Shown here: positions 1 to 9,624 of the stretch, one piece after another
Numbering within the stretch: the first letter of the stretch is position 1
Layout: the number at the start of each line of letters is the position of its first letter
Assembly: GCF_000008465.1 (NCBI RefSeq)
Contig: NC_006512.1
Location: 570,001 to 602,000 of the forward strand
Length of the DNA stretch: 32,000 bases
From: Idiomarina loihiensis L2TR
Lineage (GTDB): Bacteria > Pseudomonadota > Gammaproteobacteria > Enterobacterales > Alteromonadaceae
Direction of reading: 5' to 3'
The notes under the pieces: model-generated
What the model saw: the letters and a program-made list of their open reading frames with translations, nothing else
The model's database searches: none
Told to the model about the DNA's origin: nothing
Made by a program: the position numbers and the translations under genes

Positions 1-241
1 CAGTATGCAGCAGGTTTTCTATCAGCTTATTGAAAAGCAAATACAAACCATTATGTTGGCGAATGTAAGGCCGGAGTATGTATTTCAAGTATTAGATCCG
101 GCTGTAGTACCGGAACAGAAAAGTGCGCCGTCGCGCGCCTTAATTTGTATTGTTGGTACATTCTTAGGCGGCTTCTTATCGCTATTAGTTGTATTTATTC
201 GTCACTTAATTCGCTCAAGCAAAAGTAAAGCTGATTCTTAA
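1..241 (+). CDS. 3' end of a Wzz-type polysaccharide co-polymerase / chain-length determinant (partial, starts upstream of the window)
   Basis: The frame is open from base 2. LANVRPEYVFQVLDPAVVPEQKSAPSRALICIVGTFLGGFLSLLVVFIRHL gives a GNVR-like motif, a Pro-rich segment and the C-terminal TM helix typical of PCP proteins. The ORF stops about 15 aa after that TM, so there is no Wzc-type kinase domain. Confidence 0.6.
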   Translation, partial: SMQQVFYQLIEKQIQTIMLANVRPEYVFQVLDPAVVPEQKSAPSRALICIVGTFLGGFLSLLVVFIRHLIRSSKSKADS

Positions 242-305
242 AGTAGCCTGATGCTATCGCGTCAGGTGCTATCCTTCTATTTAAAAAAAGCAGTTATTAA
301 AAACC

Positions 306-2102
306 ATGTTCAAACGCCTAAAAGCATTATTTAAATTATTAACCCCAGAGCAACGAAAGCGCTTAATAGGCTTACAGTTTTTAGTGGTGTTAATGGCTTT
401 TGCAGAAGTTGCAGGTGTTGCGGCAATCGGGCCGTTTATGGCTTTGGTGGGTGACATAAGTCTGTTGCAAGGCGAAGGTAAACTTGCTCAACTATATACT
501 GTAAGCGGTTTTGAAAACCCCGAAGACTTTCTTTTCTGGCTGGGAATTGCCGTATTAATAGCACTGTCTGGCGCGGCAGCGGTTTCAATGTTCACCACTT
601 GGCGGCTGTCCTTATACGCTGCTCAGGTAGGGGCTGAAATATCAACTCGTTTATATAAGCATTATATGCAGCAGTCTTGGCTCTTTCATGCTAGTGGCAG
701 TAGCAGTCAATTAACAAATCGTATAGCCCAGGAAGCTGGCCGTGTAACGAATGTGGTCATTCAACCACTAATGCAAATGAACGCTAAAGGTGTTTTGGCA
801 TTAGTTATGGCAACAGCTATTTTTATTTTTAATCCGACAGTAGCTTTAGCCGGGCTCTTAATATTCGGGTTGGCATATGTTGCACTGTATAAAACAGTAC
901 GTAAACAATTAGGTAAGAATGGACGCGCTATATCTGAAGCAAATCAGCAACGCTTCAAACTAATGAACGAAGGTTTTGGTGGTATTAAAGACACGCTATT
1001 ATTAGGTCGGCAAGCTGAGTTTAATGAACGCTTTGAAAAATCTAGTCATAAGTTAGGTCGAGCACAAGGGGTTACAAGGGGGCTTGCACAAGTACCACGC
1101 TATGCAATGGAGCTTATAGCATTCGGTGCAGTTATATTTTTAGTACTGTATTTGTTATCCGCTTATGACGGTAACCTTGGGAATATTTTACCAGTTCTAT
1201 CGGTGTATGCCTTGGCTGGTTTTAAGCTGCTTCCAGCCTTTCAGCAAATGTACACGAGCTTGGCGCAAGTAAAAGGAAATATAGCGTCGTTTGATAGTAT
1301 TGAAGAAGATTTAACTGCAAGCCAGGAAATTGAAGATATAAAGCCAGCGTCTAGCGCTGGTAAGCTCTCTCCGAAAAAGCTGATAAAGCTTGATAACATC
1401 AGTTTCGGCTATCCGGACAAAGAAGAAAAAGCATTAGTTGAATTTACTCTAGATATTCCGGTAAACCAAGTGATTGGTTTGGTCGGTGCTTCTGGTTCTG
1501 GTAAGTCAACCGCTATAGATGTGCTTTTGGGCTTAATAGAGCCTCAGAGTGGTTCTTTAATAGTGGACGGAGAAGAAATTAAAGGCGGGAAGAAGAGAGC
1601 GTGGCAAAACAATGTGGGCTTCGTACCTCAGGCTATATTCTTAGCCGACTCTAGTATTAGAGAGAATATTGCTTTCGGAATACCTCCAGAAGAAATTGAC
1701 GAGAGCCGCGTAACTAGCGCTGTTAAAATGGCTCATTTAGATGAATTGCTTAAGCGCTTACCCGAAGGTTTGAGTACACGAGTCGGCGAACGTGGTATTC
1801 AGCTTTCGGGCGGTCAAAGACAAAGAATAGGCATTGCGCGTGCGTTATATGACGACGCAGAAGTTTTAGTTCTGGACGAGGCGACCAGCGCCCTTGACGG
1901 TATTACTGAAAAGCTGGTTATGGATGCTATTCACGACTTTTCAGGTAAGAAGACGATTATTATGATTGCGCATCGATTAACAACGGTTAAGCAGTGCGAT
2001 TCAATATATATATTAGAAAATGGAAGGGTTTTGGATAAAGGTCATTATGATGATCTAGTTTCCAGAAATAAAACTTTTCAGGAAATGGCACACCACAGCT
2101 AG
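306..2102 (+). CDS. Fused TMD-NBD ABC exporter (MsbA/PglK-like half-transporter)
   Basis: 598 aa. The N-terminal ~300 aa are hydrophobic with multiple TM segments. The NBD has Walker [11 protein letters not shown]-loop VGFVPQ, signature LSGGQRQR, Walker [13 protein letters not shown] and H-loop IMIAHRL. Confidence 0.85.
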   Translation: MFKRLKALFKLLTPEQRKRLIGLQFLVVLMAFAEVAGVAAIGPFMALVGDISLLQGEGKLAQLYTVSGFENPEDFLFWLGIAVLIALSGAAAVSMFTTWRLSLYAAQVGAEISTRLYKHYMQQSWLFHASGSSSQLTNRIAQEAGRVTNVVIQPLMQMNAKGVLALVMATAIFIFNPTVALAGLLIFGLAYVALYKTVRKQLGKNGRAISEANQQRFKLMNEGFGGIKDTLLLGRQAEFNERFEKSSHKLGRAQGVTRGLAQVPRYAMELIAFGAVIFLVLYLLSAYDGNLGNILPVLSVYALAGFKLLPAFQQMYTSLAQVKGNIASFDSIEEDLTASQEIEDIKPASSAGKLSPKKLIKLDNISFGYPDKEEKALVEFTLDIPVNQVIGLVGASGSGKSTAIDVLLGLIEPQSGSLIVDGEEIKGGKKRAWQNNVGFVPQAIFLADSSIRENIAFGIPPEEIDESRVTSAVKMAHLDELLKRLPEGLSTRVGERGIQLSGGQRQRIGIARALYDDAEVLVLDEATSALDGITEKLVMDAIHDFSGKKTIIMIAHRLTTVKQCDSIYILENGRVLDKGHYDDLVSRNKTFQEMAHHS

Positions 2103-2119
2103 CAGATAATAAGACAAAG

Positions 2120-3178
2120 ATGAAAATATTAGTAACAGGCGGAGCAGGCTTTATCGGCTCGGCGGTCATTCGCCATTTAATAAAAAATACCAGTCATATC
2201 GTTATTAACATTGATAAGCTGACTTATGCAGGAAATGTAGAGAGTTTATTACCAGTTAGCGATAGCGAAAATTATGTTTTTGAGCAGGTTGATATCTGTA
2301 ATGCGCCAGAAGTAAAGCGAGTATATATAGAGCATAAACCGGATGCAGTAATGCACCTAGCGGCCGAAAGCCACGTTGATCGCTCAATCGAAGGGCCTTC
2401 AGAATTCATTCAAACAAACATCGTTGGTACTTACACGTTACTTGAGGCCACGCGCTCATATTGGTCTAATTTATCAGAAGAGATGAAATCAACGTTTCGG
2501 TTTCATCATATCTCCACCGATGAGGTTTATGGTGATTTAGGCGATCCTACTGAGCTTTTTACAGAAACAACGGCGTATGCCCCTAGCTCGCCTTATTCCG
2601 CTTCAAAAGCAAGCTCCGACCACTTAGTTAGAGCTTGGCATCGAACTTATGGTTTGCCAGTCATTATAACCAACTGTTCAAATAACTACGGTCCTTACCA
2701 TTTCCCTGAAAAGCTAATTCCACACATAATTTTAAATGCTTTATCTGGGAAAGAGTTGCCTGTTTATGGAGACGGAAAGCAAATACGAGATTGGCTTTAC
2801 GTTGAAGACCATGCTCGAGCACTAGTCAAAGTTGTGACTGAAGGCAAAGTTGGGGAAACGTATAATGTTGGAGGCCATAACGAGAAGCAAAATATTGAAG
2901 TGGTGAACACAATTTGTGAATTGCTTGACGAATTAAAACCGAGCGCTTCAGGTAAGCCTTATAAAGAACAAATTACGTTTGTTAAAGACCGCCCAGGCCA
3001 CGATAAGCGCTACGCCATTGACGCATCTAAAATAGAGGATGAGCTAGGGTGGACTCCAGAAGAGAGCTTTGAAACAGGCCTTCGTAAAACTGTTGAATGG
3101 TATCTAAATAATAAAAATTGGTGGCAGCGCGTACTAAGTGGTGACTATCAGCTTAATAGAATTGGAGAGTCAATATGA
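2120..3178 (+). CDS. rfbB: dTDP-glucose 4,6-dehydratase
   Basis: 352 aa with [16 protein letters not shown] Rossmann motif, [22 protein letters not shown] (YxxxK), [17 protein letters not shown] and RDWLYVEDH. The stop overlaps the rfbA start (ATGA at 3175-3178). Confidence 0.95.
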   Translation: MKILVTGGAGFIGSAVIRHLIKNTSHIVINIDKLTYAGNVESLLPVSDSENYVFEQVDICNAPEVKRVYIEHKPDAVMHLAAESHVDRSIEGPSEFIQTNIVGTYTLLEATRSYWSNLSEEMKSTFRFHHISTDEVYGDLGDPTELFTETTAYAPSSPYSASKASSDHLVRAWHRTYGLPVIITNCSNNYGPYHFPEKLIPHIILNALSGKELPVYGDGKQIRDWLYVEDHARALVKVVTEGKVGETYNVGGHNEKQNIEVVNTICELLDELKPSASGKPYKEQITFVKDRPGHDKRYAIDASKIEDELGWTPEESFETGLRKTVEWYLNNKNWWQRVLSGDYQLNRIGESI

Positions 3179-4053
3179 AAGGCATAATTCTCGCCGGTGG
3201 TTCAGGGACTCGTCTGTACCCAATTACTATGGGTGTATCAAAGCAGCTATTGCCTATCTACGATAAACCAATGATCTACTATCCACTGTCAGTACTCATG
3301 CTGGCGGGAATTCGTGAGGTTTTAATCATATCGACACCAGAGGATCTGCCTAATTTTAAAAAACTATTAGGTGATGGTTCCAAATTCGGTATCGAATTAT
3401 CTTACGCTGAGCAACCGAGTCCTGATGGTTTAGCACAGGCTTTTATCATTGGAGAAGAATTCATTGGTGATGACACTGTGTGCCTAGTACTTGGTGATAA
3501 CATTTATTATGGGCATGGATTTAGACCCAAACTGCTAGATGCTGTAAAACGAACTGAGACTGATGGTGGGGCAACCGTCTTTGGCTACCAGGTAAAAGAC
3601 CCTGAGCGTTTTGGAGTGGTGGAATTTGATAACGACAACAAGGTTCTGTCAATTGAAGAAAAACCAGCCGAACCAAAATCAGATTTTGCGGTTACCGGTT
3701 TATACTTTTATGACAACGACGTGGTTGAGATTTCTAAAAATGTGACTCCTTCAGCGAGAGGAGAGTTAGAGATAACGGACGTCAACAAAGCCTATTTAGA
3801 AAATGGAAGCTTAAACGTCGAGTTATTGCGCCGAGGCTTTGCATGGTTAGATACTGGTACGCACGAGAGCCTGCTCGAAGCTGCCCAGTTTGTCGAAACT
3901 ATCGAAAGACGCCAAGGGTATAAAATTGCATGCTTAGAGGAAATTGGATTTAATCAAAAATGGCTCTCGGAATCTCAATTGTTAAAAAATGCTAACCTGT
4001 TGAAGAAAAATGGATACGGTCAGTATTTGTTAGATTTGATAAGAAGTAAATAG
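3175..4053 (+). CDS. rfbA: Glucose-1-phosphate thymidylyltransferase
   Basis: 292 aa with [43 protein letters not shown] and EITDVN, the classic RmlA signature and length. Confidence 0.95.
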   Translation: MKGIILAGGSGTRLYPITMGVSKQLLPIYDKPMIYYPLSVLMLAGIREVLIISTPEDLPNFKKLLGDGSKFGIELSYAEQPSPDGLAQAFIIGEEFIGDDTVCLVLGDNIYYGHGFRPKLLDAVKRTETDGGATVFGYQVKDPERFGVVEFDNDNKVLSIEEKPAEPKSDFAVTGLYFYDNDVVEISKNVTPSARGELEITDVNKAYLENGSLNVELLRRGFAWLDTGTHESLLEAAQFVETIERRQGYKIACLEEIGFNQKWLSESQLLKNANLLKKNGYGQYLLDLIRSK

Positions 4054-4313
4054 TCCTTCAGTGATGCTTCATGTAGAAAATGTCGATAAACGTTAGTAGA
4101 AAGAGGGAAGCACAATTACCATCTTTGGGGATGGAGAAAACGGTTTTATGTGGGAATGCCTTCCCATTAGCTATTTCTAGATGGACTAGGCGTTTCGTGT
4201 TGTGACGTATAAAAATTAAGTGATGTAGTTCTTAAGTTTAACAAAAATATAGCTAATAGCTATTTGAGCAAGAAAAACTAACCGACCAACTAAATAATAT
4301 ATTCGAATAAATT

Positions 4314-4871
4314 ATGGCTTATCTAACAGAAAATGAATTAAAGAAAAAAGGCTTTAAGCATTTAGGAAAGAATGTGCGGATTAGTGAAGATGCCCGTATA
4401 TATAACCCTGAATTAATTAGCATAGCTGATAATACACGTATCGATGATTTTTGCGTGATATCCGGACTGGTCAGTTTCGGAAGGAATGTGCATATAGCTC
4501 CTCAGTGTCTAGTGGCTGGTGGGGAAAAAGGGATAACCTTCTCTGACTTTTCTGGGCTAGCTTATCAATGTCAGGTTTTTGCTCAGAGCGATGATTACTC
4601 TGGCCGAACTTTGACCAACCCTACGGTTTCTGCAGACTTTAAAGCTGAGAAAAAAGCGCCGATAGTTTTGGGCAGACATGTAATAGTGGGGGCTGGTAGC
4701 TTGATATTTCCTGGGGTTACCGTCGCCGAAGGGTGTTCAGTTGGCGCTCTTTCTTTAGTCAATAGAAGCACTGACTCATGGGGAATTTATGCAGGTAACC
4801 CGGCTAAAAGAGTGAAAGAACGAGAAAAAAGTTTGCTCGAGTTAGAGCAGAGTTACTTAAGCAAGGATTGA
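4314..4871 (+). CDS. Left-handed beta-helix (hexapeptide-repeat) acyl/acetyltransferase, candidate N-acyltransferase for the dTDP-4-amino sugar
   Basis: 185 aa with hexapeptide repeats, e.g. IVLGRHVIVGAGSLIFPGVTVAEGCSVGALSLV. It lies between rfbA and the WecE-type transaminase. Confidence 0.75.
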   Translation: MAYLTENELKKKGFKHLGKNVRISEDARIYNPELISIADNTRIDDFCVISGLVSFGRNVHIAPQCLVAGGEKGITFSDFSGLAYQCQVFAQSDDYSGRTLTNPTVSADFKAEKKAPIVLGRHVIVGAGSLIFPGVTVAEGCSVGALSLVNRSTDSWGIYAGNPAKRVKEREKSLLELEQSYLSKD

Positions 4872-4880
4872 GTTTTGACG

Positions 4881-5606
4881 ATGAATGATAAAGCAAAGGT
4901 TGCATTAGTTACTGGTGGAAGTAAAGGTATTGGCCTTGAAATATCAAGGCTTTTAGTGGGAAAGGGCGTAAAAGTTATAAGTTTAACGAGAACGACTTAT
5001 AAGCCTATTCAGTCTCGTTTATTCGAAGAATTCAACGTTGATTTAAGCAATGATGATAGTGGCGAGAGAGTCCTAGAGTACTTGCGAATGAATGAAGTTA
5101 ACGAAATATCGTATTTGGTGAATAATGCAGGAGTAACTAAAGACTCCTTAATTGAAAAAATGTCTATTGGCGATTGGGATACTGTACTAGCATCAAATCT
5201 AAAGTCGGCCTTTCTTATCACAAAGTCTTTGCTTCCACTGTTACGTGAGTCGGATACCCCTAGTATAGTAAATGTTAGCTCCATAATAGGTAACGTAGGG
5301 AACATAGGACAATCTAATTATTCAGCTTCAAAGGGGGCTTTGATTTCACTAACTAAAACTTGGGCTAAGGAGTTTAATAGAAAGGATCATAAAATTCGGG
5401 TGAATAGTGTTTCACCGGGTTTTATAGCAACAGATATGCTTAGAGGTGTCCCTGAGAGGTTTTTAAATAGAATTACAGAACAAACCCCTTTAGGTCGGTT
5501 AGGAATGGCAAGCGATGTTGCTGATGCAGTAGTATTTCTCCTAAGTGATGAAGCCAGATTTATTAACGGAGCCGATGTGCCTGTTGATGGCGGCTTAGTC
5601 TGGTAG
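4881..5606 (+). CDS. Classical short-chain dehydrogenase/reductase, FabG (3-oxoacyl reductase)-like
   Basis: Motifs TGGSKGIGLE (TGxxxGIG), NNAGV and YSASKGAL (YxxxK). The ATG at 4881 is preferred over the TTG at 4875 given in the ORF track. Confidence 0.85.
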   Translation: MNDKAKVALVTGGSKGIGLEISRLLVGKGVKVISLTRTTYKPIQSRLFEEFNVDLSNDDSGERVLEYLRMNEVNEISYLVNNAGVTKDSLIEKMSIGDWDTVLASNLKSAFLITKSLLPLLRESDTPSIVNVSSIIGNVGNIGQSNYSASKGALISLTKTWAKEFNRKDHKIRVNSVSPGFIATDMLRGVPERFLNRITEQTPLGRLGMASDVADAVVFLLSDEARFINGADVPVDGGLVW

Positions 5607-5632
5607 TTCAACCTTGAGCTTGTGAGTATTTG

Positions 5633-6775
5633 ATGATTCCATTTAATAAGCCGCCTTTGACAGGCAACGAAGTTCAATACATTACAGAAGCATTGAAGGG
5701 TAATAAGATTTCCGGAGACGGCCCTTTTGGAAAACGCTGTCAGCAATGGTTTGAAGAAAATTTACCAACTCAAAAGGCTCTTTTAACGCCTTCCTGTACT
5801 GCAGCACTCGAGCTTGCCGCTATCCTTATTGATGTCCAGTCTGGCGATGAAATAATTATGCCAAGCTACACCTTCGTTAGCACAGCCAACGCATTTGTAT
5901 TGCGGGGAGCTAAAATCGTTTTCGTCGATATTCGCCCTGATACGATGAATATTGATGAAACGAAAATTGAGGCTGCAATTACAGATAGAACTAAAGCGAT
6001 TGTTCCCGTCCATTATGCGGGAGTTAGTTGTGAAATGGACGCCATTATGGATATTGCTGGGCGTTATAGTCTTTACGTTATCGAAGATGCAGCTCAGGGA
6101 GTAATGAGTAGCTATAAAGAAAGACCTTTAGGCACTATTGGCCATTTGGGCGCTTTTAGCTTCCATGAAACCAAAAACTATACGAGTGGTGGCGAAGGCG
6201 GCCTGTTAATAATTAATGATGCTCGATTTACAGAACGAGCTGAAGTTATTCGTGAAAAAGGTACTAATAGAAGTCAATTTTTTAGAGGGCAAGTAGACAA
6301 GTATACTTGGGTTGATATTGGTAGTAGCTACCTGCCTAGTGAAATGCAGGCGGCATACCTTTGGGCTCAGCTTGAGAAAGCAAATGAAATAAATGATGCT
6401 CGACTCCGTACTTGGAAATCTTACTATGATTCTTTTAGAAAATTAATTCAGGAAGGTTTTATAGAGTTGCCGATAATTCCTGATTATTGTATCCACAATG
6501 CTCATATGTTCTATATAAAAGTTAAAAACTTACAAGTGCGAACTGAGTTACTCGAATTTTTAAAAAATAAAAATATTTTGGGGGCTTTTCACTATATACC
6601 TTTACATTCGACTCCTGTAGGTAAGGACTGGGGGCGATTTTCTGAGGATGAAGTGTATACAACATCTGAAAGCGAACGTTTGTTAAGACTACCAATTTTT
6701 TTTGGTATAAAAGATGAAGAAGTTTCGCTAGTAGTAAAAGAAGTATCAAATTTCTTTAAGGAACCTCATGCTTAA
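5633..6775 (+). CDS. wecE: dTDP-4-amino-4,6-dideoxygalactose (Fuc4N) transaminase, WecE/RffA type (DegT/DnrJ/EryC1 family)
   Basis: MIPFNKPP...GDGPFGKRCQQWFEE..LLTPSCTAALELAA..IIMPSYTFVSTANAFVLRGAKIVFVDIRPDTMNIDE..FSFHETKNY..IREKGTNRSQFFRGQVDKYTW is nearly colinear and highly similar to E. coli WecE as I remember it. The start is taken at ATG 5633, one codon inside the track's TTG 5630. Confidence 0.85.
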   Translation: MIPFNKPPLTGNEVQYITEALKGNKISGDGPFGKRCQQWFEENLPTQKALLTPSCTAALELAAILIDVQSGDEIIMPSYTFVSTANAFVLRGAKIVFVDIRPDTMNIDETKIEAAITDRTKAIVPVHYAGVSCEMDAIMDIAGRYSLYVIEDAAQGVMSSYKERPLGTIGHLGAFSFHETKNYTSGGEGGLLIINDARFTERAEVIREKGTNRSQFFRGQVDKYTWVDIGSSYLPSEMQAAYLWAQLEKANEINDARLRTWKSYYDSFRKLIQEGFIELPIIPDYCIHNAHMFYIKVKNLQVRTELLEFLKNKNILGAFHYIPLHSTPVGKDWGRFSEDEVYTTSESERLLRLPIFFGIKDEEVSLVVKEVSNFFKEPHA

Positions 6776-7904
6776 AGAAAAAAATCTCTATAAGGGTAAA
6801 AATTTATTTTTCATAAGTAATAGAGATAAATTTTTTAAGTTACAGGCAGATTCTTTAGTTAACAAAGCGGGTGTTAGAAAGGATTCGATAATTGCTATCG
6901 TTTTCGAAGTTGATAAAAAAGTTGAAATTACTAAAGTCGAGGGTATAGAGTATGTGGATTTTAATGTTTCCGATTTGAATTTTATGATAGAAGCTAAATC
7001 TTTTACCTTCATGTCTTTAAATAACTGGAACGCGCCTATTGCTGAAACGCTTATCAATAAAGACAAGCGAGTTTTACAGAAACTATACATATTTATTACG
7101 GACGACGAAGTCGAACGATGGAAGATAAATTATGAAAAAAATAACTGCTTAACTGAAGATATTGGCTCTCATATTTCAAAGAGTTGTATATTAGTCTTAC
7201 AGTGTGTGAAAAATTTTATAGCGCCCGTTCCATATTTTAAAGAATTAATTTTAAAGGTTTTAGATAGAAAAGATATTGAGTTTATCAATTGTTCTATAAT
7301 ATTTGAGATCTTACCTTTCAATCAGTCGCAGCTTCTGAGGGACTCAACTGGAAGAGATGAGTCATATTTAAAAAGTAATAAAAAGAGAGTTTTAGTTGGC
7401 ACAAAAAGTTATAAGTTAATACCTTTTTTTAAAGTGTTTAAGGATTTTAACCGGTATCAAAAGAATTCTGGTGAAGCGGTAGAGCTTCTCGTGTTCCAGA
7501 GCTTGTCGAATAGGTTTTTAATAGATGCCTTTTTACTTTTTAGAAAGCTTTTAAGGCTAAAAGACAGTAACGTTACATACCTAAGTGAAATGCCTCCCCA
7601 TTTGTACTCATCACTCATCGGTAGTTGTGACTACATTTTATTGCAGGATAGAGGTGGAGCGAGTACAGCTAGAGTCTTTGCTAAGTGGGGGGCTGGAGCT
7701 TTGTTGATAAAAAACGGGTCTCCAAATTATTACTTCTTTAAAGACGTATATAAAATTGACTTTATATCTTTTGATGAGAAGTTAAAGATATCAGAGCGGA
7801 TAAGACATGAAGATTTAGACTTGCTTTGTAATTCCTATAGAATCATTGAAGAAGAAAAACGCTCTATTGAAGTGTACGGGAAATTGTATGATGAAAAGCG
7901 TTAA
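6768..7904 (+). CDS. Hypothetical protein, putative divergent WecF-like (GT56-type) 4-amino-6-deoxyhexose glycosyltransferase
   Basis: 378 aa; the ATG overlaps the wecE stop. The gene is extremely AT-rich (10/60 and 16/60 G+C in the lines starting 6781 and 7201). KKRVLVGTKS..(about 80 aa)..NVTYLSEMPPHLYSSLIGSCDYILLQDRGGASTARVFAKWGAGALLIKNGSPNYYFF matches, in spacing and key residues, E. coli WecF ILVGNSG..(about 80 aa)..[56 protein letters not shown], which I recall from memory. A position directly after wecE mirrors the ECA cluster. The CDS is solid; the function is tentative. Confidence 0.5.
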   Translation: MLKEKNLYKGKNLFFISNRDKFFKLQADSLVNKAGVRKDSIIAIVFEVDKKVEITKVEGIEYVDFNVSDLNFMIEAKSFTFMSLNNWNAPIAETLINKDKRVLQKLYIFITDDEVERWKINYEKNNCLTEDIGSHISKSCILVLQCVKNFIAPVPYFKELILKVLDRKDIEFINCSIIFEILPFNQSQLLRDSTGRDESYLKSNKKRVLVGTKSYKLIPFFKVFKDFNRYQKNSGEAVELLVFQSLSNRFLIDAFLLFRKLLRLKDSNVTYLSEMPPHLYSSLIGSCDYILLQDRGGASTARVFAKWGAGALLIKNGSPNYYFFKDVYKIDFISFDEKLKISERIRHEDLDLLCNSYRIIEEEKRSIEVYGKLYDEKR

Positions 7905-8409
7905 AAAGGCTCTACTTTCCTTGCGAAAAAAGTTGGTTAGGTTTTATTGGACACATAGGGTTCGCTCCAGGGCTTCTGCTAGCGGAGTTGACCTTAGGGT
8001 AAACTCCAAGTCTATTGTAACAAGTAAGACGGTATTGGGTAACAACGTGAATTTTAATGGAATGCAGGTTGCGGGAGGTGGGAAGGTAATCATAGGAAGT
8101 AACTTCCATTCTGGACCCGAGTGCTTAATGATCTCTCAAAACCATAATTTTAATTCTGGCGAGGCCATCCCCTACGATTCAACTTACATATTTAAAGATA
8201 TTATTATAAAGGATAACGTCTGGCTTGGGAGTAGGGTAATTGTACTTGGTGGCGTTACGGTTGGAGAAGGGGCTATTATTCAAGCGGGAAGTTGTGTCGT
8301 AAGTGATATTCCAGATTACGCTGTTGCTGGCGGACACCCTGCTAAAGTTTTTAGTTATCGAGATATTGACCACTATAAGAAGTTAAAAGCTGCTGGGAAG
8401 TTCCATTAA
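7888..8409 (+). CDS. Hexapeptide-repeat O-acetyltransferase (LacA/Maa/WcaF-like)
   Basis: IIIKDNVWLGSRVIVLGGVTVGEGAIIQAGSCVVSDIPDYAVAGGHPAKV is a typical LbH C-terminus. The start is taken at ATG 7888 (MMKSVKK), overlapping the upstream stop, rather than the track's 7846. Confidence 0.8.
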   Translation: MMKSVKKALLSLRKKLVRFYWTHRVRSRASASGVDLRVNSKSIVTSKTVLGNNVNFNGMQVAGGGKVIIGSNFHSGPECLMISQNHNFNSGEAIPYDSTYIFKDIIIKDNVWLGSRVIVLGGVTVGEGAIIQAGSCVVSDIPDYAVAGGHPAKVFSYRDIDHYKKLKAAGKFH

Positions 8410-8421
8410 CGGGTTTTATTT

Positions 8422-9612
8422 ATGCAAAATACTTTAAGTTTAATTGGGCGTACAGAGCCCCTGTTTATCAGCGACATCTTAGTTAATGAAGATAAAATAA
8501 GTGAATTAGTTCAGTCTTCATCCTTTTTGGTTATTGGTTCGGCTGGTTCAATTGGTCAAGCAGTTACTAAGGAAATATTTAAAAGAAACCCCAAAAAACT
8601 TCATGCAGTTGATATTAGCGAGAATAATTTGGTTGAGCTTGTCAGAGACTTGAGAAGCTCTATTGGTTATATAGAGGGTGACTTTCAAACATTCGCCTTA
8701 GACATTGGCTCTCTGGAATATACTGCTTTTATAAAAAAAGATGGGCAGTATGATTACGTACTGAACCTTTCCGCGCTAAAGCATGTGAGAAGTGAAAAAG
8801 ATCCTTATACGCTTATGAGGATGATAGAAACCAATATTTTTAATACGGTTAAGACGCTAGAACAGTCGAAAGAAGCCGGGGCGCGAAAGTACTTTTGTGT
8901 CTCTACCGATAAAGCCGCGAACCCAGTCAATATGATGGGAGCTTCAAAACGCATTATGGAAATGTTTCTTATGCAGGGTAGTGAGTCGATCGAAATCTCA
9001 ACTGCTCGCTTTGCTAACGTAGCTTTTTCAGACGGCTCTCTTTTGCATGGGTTCAACCAAAGAATTCAGAAAAAGCAACCTATAGTTGCCCCGAACGACA
9101 TTAAACGCTACTTCGTTACTCCGCAGGAATCTGGCGAGTTGTGCTTAATGTCGTGCTTGTTTGGTGAAAACAGAGATATATTTTTCCCTAAATTAAGCGA
9201 AGCGCTTCATTTAATTACATTTTCTGAAATTGCAGAGAAGTATTTGAGAAGTATCGGTTATGAACCATACCCTTGCAGTTCTGAAGACGAAGCCAGAGAG
9301 CTTATTAAGACCTTACCGGAACAGGGGAAATGGCCTTGTTTGTTTACTTCCAGCGACACAACAGGTGAAAAAGACTTCGAAGAGTTTTTTACCGACAATG
9401 AAGTGCTGGATATGGAGCGGTTTAGTAACATTGGTGTGATTAAAAATGACGCTATTTATGATGAAAAGCTGTTAGAACATTTCAGTAAAGCAATTAATGA
9501 ACTACGAACCTCTCACTCCTGGACGAAAGAAGACATAGTAAAGCTATTTCACGAAATGATACCTGCATTCGGTCATAAAGAGATGGGTAAATATCTCGAC
9601 AGTAAAATGTAA
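8422..9612 (+). CDS. CapD/PseB-family NDP-GlcNAc 4,6-dehydratase, first enzyme of a legionaminic-acid-type pathway (LegB/LgaA-like)
   Basis: 396 aa with Rossmann VIGSAGSIGQAV and CVSTDKAANPVNMMGASKRIME, the family signature STDKA.NP.N.MGA.KR. It is the first gene of a seven-gene block in the lgaABCDEFG order. Confidence 0.75.
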   Translation: MQNTLSLIGRTEPLFISDILVNEDKISELVQSSSFLVIGSAGSIGQAVTKEIFKRNPKKLHAVDISENNLVELVRDLRSSIGYIEGDFQTFALDIGSLEYTAFIKKDGQYDYVLNLSALKHVRSEKDPYTLMRMIETNIFNTVKTLEQSKEAGARKYFCVSTDKAANPVNMMGASKRIMEMFLMQGSESIEISTARFANVAFSDGSLLHGFNQRIQKKQPIVAPNDIKRYFVTPQESGELCLMSCLFGENRDIFFPKLSEALHLITFSEIAEKYLRSIGYEPYPCSSEDEARELIKTLPEQGKWPCLFTSSDTTGEKDFEEFFTDNEVLDMERFSNIGVIKNDAIYDEKLLEHFSKAINELRTSHSWTKEDIVKLFHEMIPAFGHKEMGKYLDSKM

Positions 9613-9624
9613 TTTGAGAAAAGT

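Noticed and set aside
4151-4166. Small hairpin TGGGAA-TGCC-TTCCCA in the rfbA-downstream gap
   Set aside because: It has only a 6-bp stem and no T-run, and it lies inside the putative rmlC relic. It has no independent support as a regulatory element.
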